DNA of 64,000 nucleotides from Minisyncoccota bacterium (GTDB lineage Bacteria; Patescibacteriota; Minisyncoccia; Phycocordibacterales; DAORIS01): NCBI GenBank assembly GCA_035438625.1, contig DAORIS010000004.1, positions 7,497 to 71,496 of the forward strand, read 5' to 3'. Shown piece by piece: positions 55,924 to 64,000 of this stretch (position 1 is its first letter; each line of letters starts with the position of its first letter). The notes under the pieces were generated by a model. It saw only the letters and a program-made list of their open reading frames with translations, ran no database searches and was not told where the DNA came from. The position numbers and the translations under genes were made by a program.

Positions 55924-57678
55924 CTATTCAGTTACTACACGTAACACCTCTTCAATAGTTGTAACCCCTTGAACCGCTTTAAATATTCCATCTTCAAGCA
56001 TGGTCAACATTCCTTCCTTCTTAGCCTGTTCTTCAATTTGTTTTGGTGTGGCGCTTTTCATAATCAACTCCCTAATTGTTGCTGTTAACTTAAGAACCTC
56101 ATAAATTCCCACTCGTCCTTTATATCCGTCATCATCTTGAGTTTGTGTAACTGGTCTAAAGAATGGAATAGTCTCAATTGTAGAATCCTTAGGCACGATA
56201 CCTTCATTTTTTAGTGCTGCTATCACCTTATCTAGATCAACAACTTCCTTTAGGCGAGAAATTTCTCCCTCAGACAAATTAAACTTCTCCTTATGCTCTC
56301 CAAGCTTTCGAACGAGACGCTGACCGATAATTACATCGAGTGTTGAGACAAGGAGGAATGGTTCTGCCTTCATGTCGATAAGGCGAGGTACGGCTCCTGC
56401 TGCAGAGTTAGTGTGGAGTGTTGAGAGCACCAAGTGACCAGTCAAGGCAGCGTTAATAGCAAGGTTTGCTGTCTCATTGTCTCGAATTTCTCCCACCATG
56501 ATGATGTCTGGGTCTTGTCGAACAAGTGTGCGCAAACCAATCGAGAAGGTAAAACCAATTTCAGGCTTAACCTGCGTTTGGTTAATACGTTTCATTTGGT
56601 ATTCAATAGGATCTTCAACAGTTGAGATGTTTACATCGGGAGTATTGAGGATATCCAGTAATGTATAGAGTGTAGTTGACTTACCCGATCCAGTTGGACC
56701 AGTAGTAAGAATCATTCCTGTAGCGAGTGTTGTAGCCTTATGGAGCGCCTCAAGAGCCTGCCCGTGAAAACCAAGTGCTTCAAGAGTAAACCCAGACACG
56801 CTTTCCCGAAGGAGACGCATAACTGTCTTTTCACCATAATATGTTGGTAGCATTGAAACACGGAACGAGACTTTTTCTCCTCCTGAATCAACTTTAAATC
56901 GACCATCTTGTGGGAGTCGCTTTTCATCCAACTTCAAGTTCGACAACACCTTTAGTCGAGCAGTGATACTTGTCGCAACATATCCCGGCAACACCATGGC
57001 ATCATGCAACAATCCATCGATACGGTACCGAACAATCAACTCGTTTTCCTGCGGCTCAATGTGAATGTCTGACGCACCTTGGATGATTGCATGCTTAAGC
57101 AGTGTATCTACAATACGAACAACAGGCAGATCTTCTGCCATTTTTTTAAGCTCATCAGCAGAACCCTCCTCCCCATCATTTGCATCAGCAATAGTTTTAA
57201 TTGAACCCGCATCCTTTTGAATCAAGTCTCCGAATTCAGCTTTAAGACTCTTCTGGTATTGCACAAGCAATGCCTTAATAGATGCAGAGTCGGTGAGTCG
57301 TGGCAAGATTCGCAAACCCACCTTTTTCTTTACGAAGTCAATTGCTGACAGATCATGAATGTCGAGCATCGCCACCTCCAATGAATCCCCTTTCCTTGCA
57401 AACGCAACAATGTTGTTGTTTCTTGCAACTGGCTCAGGAATCAAAGATAAAACATCAAAATCAATTTTTTGATTTTTAAGATCTACGTATGGAACACCTA
57501 AGATAAGCGCGTGTATTCGACGCAAATCATCATCAGATAATTTCCCAGCAGCAACTAATTCGTTTCCAATATCACTATTTTTTTCTTTTGCAGCTTTCGT
57601 TACAACAGCAAAATCTTCCTCGGATACAAGTCCTGAATCTAGAATAAATTCCTTGAGTTGCTTATCTGTTATTTGCAT
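55924..57678 (-). CDS. pilB: Type IV pilus assembly ATPase PilB/GspE.
   Basis: - GSPII_E N-terminal domains, Walker A (LTTGPTGSGKSTTLYTLL), Asp box, Walker B and His box (LVLSTLHTNSAAG). Confidence 0.88.
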   Translation of the reverse strand: MQITDKQLKEFILDSGLVSEEDFAVVTKAAKEKNSDIGNELVAAGKLSDDDLRRIHALILGVPYVDLKNQKIDFDVLSLIPEPVARNNNIVAFARKGDSLEVAMLDIHDLSAIDFVKKKVGLRILPRLTDSASIKALLVQYQKSLKAEFGDLIQKDAGSIKTIADANDGEEGSADELKKMAEDLPVVRIVDTLLKHAIIQGASDIHIEPQENELIVRYRIDGLLHDAMVLPGYVATSITARLKVLSNLKLDEKRLPQDGRFKVDSGGEKVSFRVSMLPTYYGEKTVMRLLRESVSGFTLEALGFHGQALEALHKATTLATGMILTTGPTGSGKSTTLYTLLDILNTPDVNISTVEDPIEYQMKRINQTQVKPEIGFTFSIGLRTLVRQDPDIIMVGEIRDNETANLAINAALTGHLVLSTLHTNSAAGAVPRLIDMKAEPFLLVSTLDVIIGQRLVRKLGEHKEKFNLSEGEISRLKEVVDLDKVIAALKNEGIVPKDSTIETIPFFRPVTQTQDDDGYKGRVGIYEVLKLTATIRELIMKSATPKQIEEQAKKEGMLTMLEDGIFKAVQGVTTIEEVLRVVTE

Positions 57679-57686
57679 TGAGATAA

Positions 57687-60600
57687 TTATATCTCAATAT
57701 AGGAAGGTTCCGTGATATAGACTGTGGCTGAGACACACGATGCCACCTGACTTCCTGCACTGTATACACGCGCAGTCTTCGAAATTGACTGTCCAGTTGT
57801 ATAAGATCCGTTAATTGTTCTGCATGCTGATGTTCCAGGGGCTGTGCCGCATGTCGCATCTCCATCCCATGTATATGTGTAATTTCCGTCAACGTTAGGT
57901 TGCACTGTCCAGGTCACATTTTGACCCGCTTCTGGACTTGTCGGAGACACTCTAACGGAACAAATATTTGCAGAAGTTGATGGGATATACCTAAAGACAG
58001 TTCGAGTAATTTGATTTACTCCTACTGTAGCTGTGTGCGCACAGAATCCTGCAGAACATGTCGCTGTTGTATATGTAGTTGGTTCACACCCATTTAGATC
58101 ATCCTCATCGTGTAAACAAGAACCTGCTTCTTCTGTATATCCAGCTACATCAGTTGCATACACTACTTGAGAACCGACACCAACTCTACTAAACGTTGCG
58201 GGATTAGAAGAAACAGCTGCGCCAGTTGCAAGTTTTGCTTGTGTTCCAGAAGGCGCATTTGCTGCTGATCCATTTACACCACCACGTCGCACCATAATTT
58301 CACCACTTCCGCTTGAGACACTTTCAGTTCCAAACACAATCGTTCTTTGAACTGTGTCAGGTGCATATGTAACTTCTCCATCCGCTTCCATATTTCTTAA
58401 TACATCATTGTTTGGATCAGCATCAAATAGTTGTCCGGAGTATGGGAACAGTCCTGCTGCACTTGTAAGTGGAACGGTAAATTGATCGGTATATCCCTTA
58501 ACACCTAGGGCCGCAGTAACTGCTGCCTGACTGTAGGTATATCTTCTATATGGCTGATTATTTAACGTCTGACATCGTGCATCATCGTTGCCTGGTAATA
58601 TAAACCTTTCATTTGGCACATGAGCAGATGTTAAGAAGTTGAAAGTTGAGACAAGTGAGCCATCAATATTGTAGCCAGTACCTATTTTCATGGTTGATGT
58701 GCCCTCTGGGAGCGCGTTATTGTTCGCAACCGGTGAATTTCCGTTGAATATCATATTGCAAACACGAAGTACAGCAGTTTGCTCAGCAGTTACCTCGAGT
58801 TCAAATGTAGTAATTTTATTCAATGGTTGACCAACTATCTCTATTTGATACGTGCCCACTGGTGTTGATGCTAAAGTTGAAATAAGAAGACCGATTTCAC
58901 ATCTCGGACTACATGATGTTGCAGTTCCAACTACGGTTGCTCCTGAAGGTAGCCCTGAAATCGCTATTGATACTGCTGACGCTGTACCTGACACTGAGGT
59001 TAATTTAACCTTGTTAGATGTTTCATATCCTCGTGTCACCTTAACAGCGGGGTACGAAACAGACATTGAATAATCAAACGTTGCTGCCCTAAACTGCACC
59101 CGTGTTGTCATTCCTGCCATTACGTTAACTGGTGCAGTACACTCATACCTCACATCACTATTGTTTATTTGGGTACAACTTGCACTAGTGTTATACGAAA
59201 CTACCGGACACTCTGTAGGTGAACCTGGGGTAAATTCACAAGTTCCAACAACAGCTGTTGGTGAAGAACTCATAAAATACAGCACATTTTGCCCAGCTGT
59301 AGTTGAAGCAAAGAAGGCCGGGTTATCAGTTACACCGTATTGGTTTGCACTACTATTTAAACTTACTTTCTGTGCTGTAACACCTGTTGTTGTTCCATTC
59401 GCATCAACTTGATACACCTTAACATTTCCGTTATTGATTATGTACTTTAAATCAACGCGTGTTGTGTATCCATTTCTAAACTCAACTGTTTGTGAGCACT
59501 TATCTGGGTCTGCAACAGTAGTTGTGTAATACCCAGAAAATCCGTTACCTTGTTTATACATTACTGGATTTCCACATGCCATATCTACAAACGTAGTTGG
59601 TGTACATTCAGGACTACCTGTAACATGTAGACAGTACCCCGCTGTCACCTTATATGACTTTATGTAGAAGTCATTACCTTCAATAATCGATCTCGCAAGA
59701 ATTGTTCGATACCCTGGTGACATTCCAGAAAATGTTCTTGTGCTGTCTGTGAATGAAGGTCTGTCAAAGTAGTCACTGCCAGTTATTATAGGTTTGAGTT
59801 CATATCCTGTATTTCCATCTGAAGAAAGATTACCATTAACATATTTATTCACTTTTAATGTAGCTGTTGGTGAATTCGTGGTATTTGAGCCACTTGTATA
59901 TTTGTATACAACTTTAGTCACAGTCCCTGGTGTTACAGATGCTTTTACGAAACAACCTCTATCGTATGGCTGGTCAGGTTCTGATCCGTCAAATTCACTG
60001 ACATAAGAACAAACAGGAGTTTCATTAAAAGTTGTAACGCTACACTCTGACCCGCCTCGAGGATATGTACAAGTACCAACCATTTCGTTATACCCCGCAA
60101 CATCAGTTGCGAACACGGAATAATCACCTTCCTTTAGATCAGTAAATACAGTTGGATTACGATCAACATTAACTAAGTGAAAAACATCCAATCCAACCGT
60201 TGATACCTTTACTCCATCTGTAACCCATGCAGTATTGAAAGAAGTGGTTGCTGGAGCTGTTGCAACAGTATCGCTACTTCCCACTCGCTTAATCAAAATT
60301 TCTCCATTTGTACCTGATACTTGTGTTGAAGACGGAACATACTTGAAAACAACTTTCGTGATTCTTCCTTGGGTTACAGTAATCGGTAAGCTACAGAACC
60401 TATCTTGGGACACTTGTGTAAGTCCACATGTTGGAACTAGTGGAAACGATGTAACTGAACATTCCGATTGACCAATAGCATACGTACAAGTACCCGCCAT
60501 CTCAGATGAGATCGGATTATCCTTTGCACCAACAACGTGTGAACCAACTGATTGAGTTGCGAGAGTCGTAGGATTTGTTGTTATGTCTTGTGTATCAACG

Positions 60601-62324
60601 AAAAATCTTACTTCAGGAGATGAATACACTGTATCGTCTGTACCTACAAGTTTTACTCTAATACCTCCAGTTTCAACGTTTGGAAGATATTTAAATACCA
60701 CCTTAGTAACTAACCCATCGGTAACGGTTGCTGCAGTTCGACACATCCTGCTTCCATCAATCGTACAGTCAACAACAGAATCAAATACTGTAACGCGGCA
60801 TTCTGTTGCACCAAATGGGTACGAACAACTGCCCGCTGACTCAACAAGACCTGCCTTGTTTGCTACATATGCTAGATGAGCCCCTGCCGAAACTCCAGTT
60901 TTTAGCGTAGGATTTATCGCACCATATCCATACTGTCCACAATCAAGTGAGTTGTACGGTGCAACCAGATCAATGTCCGCTGACGTGCACGGAGCTGTTG
61001 AGACAGTATCGTCACCCCCAACTCTTTTAATCAATATCTGCCCTCCCGTTGCAGTTTGTCCGGTTCCGCTTACAGCAATGTTTACAAGTGTAACCTTGTC
61101 GTTTGATACCGGAACTTCAACCTCATATGTAGAACCAGTGTCGGTATATGTGGCGGTGATATTTGGCGTACATGAAGAGCCTCCTCTATTTGCCTGACAA
61201 TACTTAACTGACAAAAGTGTTTCGCCGTTATATGGTTCATTGAATTCAATGGTAGTTGATCCGATTACAACATTCTCGTACTCAACAGGATTGGGCCAAT
61301 CCCAGTTAGTGTTCGTGCCTATAATATGCGGGTACAATTCCATCTCTGGCAATAAATTTCCGGTATTATCAACAGTTGAAATTCGCAAGTCACCAGATGT
61401 CTGCAAGTATTTAAAACCAACTTTTGTTACCGTATTTCCGTACACAGGAACAATTGCATATGTATACGTATATTGACCATAATATGTTTCAGCACCTTGT
61501 TCTGTTGTGTGCGTGTAATCTGTTACCGTACAACTGTTACCGTTTACTGGATAAGTACAGTATCCCGCAACAACAACATACCCCTGAACATTCCTTGTGC
61601 CGGCAAAACGAGTTGTTGGGGAAAAAATTCCTGAAGCCTGCACAGGATTTTGCTGTGATGCATTATCCATGTTCATTGGATGATCCACGATTCTCTCTAT
61701 GGGCGCTACGGACGCTGACGGGTACCCAGAACCATTTCCTTCGTCAATATATGGAGCGGAAGTTATAGTTCCATTTTGCCCATATCGAAATATTTCAACT
61801 TCACCCAAAGACACAGGTGTATATTTGAATACTACTTTTGTTACATATCCAACCTGTAACTGAAAATCAGTAGTATACACATAGTAATTAGTGCCGACAC
61901 CGTTTGATCCACCAAATGTAGTACTCGATGCAACAGAAAATGTTGATGGATAGCATTCCGATCCATTTATTGGATACACGCAGATTCCAAACATTTCTAC
62001 ATACGACGAGAGATCCTGTGATTGCGCTTGATAATTTCTCTTATCTGGGTCAATTGGGTTTTGATATACCTCAAGGTTTTCATATACATTAGGATTGGCA
62101 AATGACGTAATGTTATTTCCATTTCCAGTAAGCGAGTCTCCATTTATACCAGAGTACGCATTTACTCCACCTGGCGCTTGCGGTGCCGATGTTACCGTAT
62201 CGTCAAATCCCACTCGTACAACAGTAATATTTCCCGTTCCAGAATACGCCTGAACAGTATCTGCCCCTAAAGAACCAAACAATGACACGACTGCAACCAC
62301 AAAAAATAAATATACTTTCTTCAT
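57687..62324 (-). CDS. Giant secreted repeat protein (1545 aa) with about 9 related modules; putative pilus-associated adhesin.
   Basis: - Signal peptide (KKVYLFFVVAVVSLFGSLGADTVQA).
- Recurring module: I.V.RVG.DDTV.SAP ... G.CTYP.G.SEC.VT.F ... VTKVVFKY.P (for example ITVVRVGFDDTVTSAP, ILIKRVGGDDTVSTAP, IRVKLVGTDDTVYSSP; GYCTYPVNGNSCTV, GTCTYAIGQSECSV, GSCSYPFGATECRV; VTKVVFKYTP, VTKVGFKYLQ, ITKVVFKYVP). Confidence 0.6.
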   Translation of the reverse strand: MKKVYLFFVVAVVSLFGSLGADTVQAYSGTGNITVVRVGFDDTVTSAPQAPGGVNAYSGINGDSLTGNGNNITSFANPNVYENLEVYQNPIDPDKRNYQAQSQDLSSYVEMFGICVYPINGSECYPSTFSVASSTTFGGSNGVGTNYYVYTTDFQLQVGYVTKVVFKYTPVSLGEVEIFRYGQNGTITSAPYIDEGNGSGYPSASVAPIERIVDHPMNMDNASQQNPVQASGIFSPTTRFAGTRNVQGYVVVAGYCTYPVNGNSCTVTDYTHTTEQGAETYYGQYTYTYAIVPVYGNTVTKVGFKYLQTSGDLRISTVDNTGNLLPEMELYPHIIGTNTNWDWPNPVEYENVVIGSTTIEFNEPYNGETLLSVKYCQANRGGSSCTPNITATYTDTGSTYEVEVPVSNDKVTLVNIAVSGTGQTATGGQILIKRVGGDDTVSTAPCTSADIDLVAPYNSLDCGQYGYGAINPTLKTGVSAGAHLAYVANKAGLVESAGSCSYPFGATECRVTVFDSVVDCTIDGSRMCRTAATVTDGLVTKVVFKYLPNVETGGIRVKLVGTDDTVYSSPEVRFFVDTQDITTNPTTLATQSVGSHVVGAKDNPISSEMAGTCTYAIGQSECSVTSFPLVPTCGLTQVSQDRFCSLPITVTQGRITKVVFKYVPSSTQVSGTNGEILIKRVGSSDTVATAPATTSFNTAWVTDGVKVSTVGLDVFHLVNVDRNPTVFTDLKEGDYSVFATDVAGYNEMVGTCTYPRGGSECSVTTFNETPVCSYVSEFDGSEPDQPYDRGCFVKASVTPGTVTKVVYKYTSGSNTTNSPTATLKVNKYVNGNLSSDGNTGYELKPIITGSDYFDRPSFTDSTRTFSGMSPGYRTILARSIIEGNDFYIKSYKVTAGYCLHVTGSPECTPTTFVDMACGNPVMYKQGNGFSGYYTTTVADPDKCSQTVEFRNGYTTRVDLKYIINNGNVKVYQVDANGTTTGVTAQKVSLNSSANQYGVTDNPAFFASTTAGQNVLYFMSSSPTAVVGTCEFTPGSPTECPVVSYNTSASCTQINNSDVRYECTAPVNVMAGMTTRVQFRAATFDYSMSVSYPAVKVTRGYETSNKVKLTSVSGTASAVSIAISGLPSGATVVGTATSCSPRCEIGLLISTLASTPVGTYQIEIVGQPLNKITTFELEVTAEQTAVLRVCNMIFNGNSPVANNNALPEGTSTMKIGTGYNIDGSLVSTFNFLTSAHVPNERFILPGNDDARCQTLNNQPYRRYTYSQAAVTAALGVKGYTDQFTVPLTSAAGLFPYSGQLFDADPNNDVLRNMEADGEVTYAPDTVQRTIVFGTESVSSGSGEIMVRRGGVNGSAANAPSGTQAKLATGAAVSSNPATFSRVGVGSQVVYATDVAGYTEEAGSCLHDEDDLNGCEPTTYTTATCSAGFCAHTATVGVNQITRTVFRYIPSTSANICSVRVSPTSPEAGQNVTWTVQPNVDGNYTYTWDGDATCGTAPGTSACRTINGSYTTGQSISKTARVYSAGSQVASCVSATVYITEPSYIEI

Positions 62325-62361
62325 GAGTTCTTATATTATGAAGCTAAGTATACCAACTAAC

Positions 62362-63546
62362 CTAGTTTTTCGGAGCACTGAATCCCACACATGTATAGGT
62401 GCCACCAGCAACAGCTTGTCGTACTGCATCATAGTTATCATAGTTTTCTTGGTCTTTATGGCAAATCATTTCAGCAGAAGGTTCTGGATTTCCAAGTCTA
62501 TATGAACAACTTGTATTAGGGTCTCCATCAGTACAGTATGGGTTGGACTGACCGTCAGTACGAACTTCATTTTGCGTAAACGGCTCGAGAAAATCGAAAT
62601 CTTCTTCAGTTAATACATACCTAACCCAAATCTCTTGCAGTGGATCGAGTGGTTCTATTTTTATCGTTGCAGGTCGAGAAACAGTTGAAGGCCTGGAAAA
62701 TTGATACCAGGATCCTGAGTTCCACCCTGATACAGGGTCAGGTTCACCAGCTGAACCAAGACGGGTACGATGAGGAATATATACATCTCCTGTATATCCC
62801 CACTCAAAACATCTTGTCTCAAGTCTACAGCTGGGGTTAGTAGCTAAAAATTCAGTTACCATTTCTGGACTTATTATCTCCTCATTATTTTCAGTCTCAG
62901 CATTCATCCAATCAGGAAGGTCCCCCTCATCATCACAGCGAATACCATAGGCATTAATTGTAATCAATTGCTCATTAGGAATTCCTGTCACATCTGGTGG
63001 CGGATTAACACCTTCACACGCTGAGTATGAATCGGGCGTATACGCTACCTCAACTGTTCTTTCTACTCGTAACAACCTAGTTAAGTCTCTGGTGTTGTGC
63101 CCGGAAGATTTAATTGTTGTCCTACCTGACTGCTGGCTTTTATAAATAACAACTTCTGCAGATGGATCTGTCTGGCCCGTTGACACATTAACCGCTAGAT
63201 TTCGAACTTCACACGTCTCTAGTGTGGCATTTGGGCATTGAGTGTCACCTGGATCAGAGAAGTTAATTGTGTACCCACCACATTGAATACTTCCACTAGA
63301 TGAAAGAAAAGCATTATTTTTAATATCAAAATATTTTGCACACTCCATTCCGGAGTCAGCAGCATAGAACGCAGACTGCGATTCCCTGCCAAGACCACTC
63401 ACTCCTGTCTGGCGAGCCGCGAAACCTAAAACACTTGTACCAATCGCAAGCATAAAACCACCAATTAGAATACCGAATAGCAACGTGAACCCTTGATTAT
63501 TCTGTATTGAACCAAAAGAACGATTCCAACCTATGAAGCTTTCCAT
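62362..63546 (-). CDS. PilX/GspK-like minor pilin, Cys-rich.
   Basis: - NNQGFTLLFGILIGGFMLAIG is a prepilin-like N-terminus without Glu at +5.
- A large Cys-containing domain.
- First gene of the minus-strand pilus-associated operon. Confidence 0.4.
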   Translation of the reverse strand: MESFIGWNRSFGSIQNNQGFTLLFGILIGGFMLAIGTSVLGFAARQTGVSGLGRESQSAFYAADSGMECAKYFDIKNNAFLSSSGSIQCGGYTINFSDPGDTQCPNATLETCEVRNLAVNVSTGQTDPSAEVVIYKSQQSGRTTIKSSGHNTRDLTRLLRVERTVEVAYTPDSYSACEGVNPPPDVTGIPNEQLITINAYGIRCDDEGDLPDWMNAETENNEEIISPEMVTEFLATNPSCRLETRCFEWGYTGDVYIPHRTRLGSAGEPDPVSGWNSGSWYQFSRPSTVSRPATIKIEPLDPLQEIWVRYVLTEEDFDFLEPFTQNEVRTDGQSNPYCTDGDPNTSCSYRLGNPEPSAEMICHKDQENYDNYDAVRQAVAGGTYTCVGFSAPKN

Positions 63547-63563
63547 GTGCCACTATTATCTCA

Positions 63564-63986
63564 CTACAATGCTTGAGCAGCTAGTGCGACAAGCACAATA
63601 CCCAAAAAGTTCATTGTAAAAGATACGGGGACCAACACCTTAATATGCATCCGTGATAACCCCATCATCGCCAGCCCGATCTCATCGGGTAACGGAGACG
63701 CGATCACGAGCGCCCCGAGGAATGGAATTAGAAAGCGGAAAATCCTCAGTTTAAACAGTCGCTGCAACTTACTTAACTGTGTGTCACGAATCAACTCCAT
63801 AATGTCTTCGGCAAGACTATCTCTAATAAAGAGAAACAAGATAAGATCTCCCACCACCGCACCGAGTGCCCCCCAAAATGCCACAGTTAACAGTGATGTT
63901 TGCTGCGCAATTTCTGCCAACGCAACCGAGGCGGGTGCAATCGTGAATAGCGACGTAAAAAATATTCCCGCGGTAAAACTACTCAA
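63564..63986 (-). CDS. Hypothetical membrane protein (possibly DedA/YqaA-like); N-terminus may lie beyond the window.
   Basis: - Four predicted transmembrane helices (...GALVIASPLPDEIGLAMMGLSRM...).
- The ORF starts 14 nt from the window edge, so the true start is uncertain. Confidence 0.4.
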   Translation of the reverse strand: MSSFTAGIFFTSLFTIAPASVALAEIAQQTSLLTVAFWGALGAVVGDLILFLFIRDSLAEDIMELIRDTQLSKLQRLFKLRIFRFLIPFLGALVIASPLPDEIGLAMMGLSRMHIKVLVPVSFTMNFLGIVLVALAAQAL

Positions 63987-64000
63987 AACATAGAGTTCTT

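Overview
Strand and provenance: the window is mostly minus-strand genes and looks like a small-genome, likely Candidate Phyla Radiation (Patescibacteria) bacterium. That lineage call is an inference from the gene content and the interrupted 23S gene, not from any database hit.

rRNA region (1..4347): a complete 23S rRNA gene on the minus strand, not followed by a 16S gene. It carries three ORF-less insertions of about 320-350 nt each, all falling exactly inside universally conserved 23S segments (E. coli sites about 1931, about 2262 and 2593). Insertions inside conserved sequence at classical intron sites are the hallmark of group I introns. All ORF-track ORFs inside the 23S are artefacts.

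Housekeeping genes:
- a hypothetical K/E/P-rich protein, then rplL-rplJ;
- a long non-coding gap, an HTH regulator, then ftsK, a small membrane protein, recA and efp;
- a minus-strand run: rpsR-ssb-rpsF, a TatD-family hydrolase, metG, an AI-2E transporter, glyQS, a large membrane-anchored repeat protein, recO-like, ileS and argS;
- a thymidylate/dNTP cluster: tmk, glyA, an unknown 255-aa protein, a tandem ThyX-like protein and a long-form dCTP deaminase;
- a small orphan ORF, then rplK, a PLDc_N membrane protein, nusG and secE (no rplA anywhere in the window);
- cell-envelope genes: two SIMPL-domain proteins, a PAP2 phosphatase, an ECF sigma/anti-sigma pair, an RNA methyltransferase, mscL, dedA, a DsbB/DsbA-like pair, uppP and a CAP-domain protein;
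- recJ, a HIT-family protein, pgk and tpiA;
- a type IV pilus-like locus: pilB, pilC, two prepilin-type proteins, two PilX/GspK-like minor pilins and a 1545-aa repeat protein.

Most unusual observations:
1. The isoleucyl-tRNA synthetase carries an inserted, apparently intact histidine-phosphatase (phosphoglycerate-mutase-like) domain of about 200 aa, between the editing-domain return and the HRPY/WFESG segment.
2. An AT-rich 1.5-kb islet between rplJ and a very acidic secreted protein encodes only the N-terminal SpvB/TcB (Tc-toxin/RHS-type) domain, followed by a stop. It looks like a remnant of an acquired toxin element.
3. The thymidylate cluster contains a pseudo-dimeric ThyX (the first half lacks the RHR motif) and an uncharacterised partner protein.
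4. A 36-bp perfect palindrome closes a 640-nt non-coding region.

No CRISPR array, tRNA or transposase was recognised.
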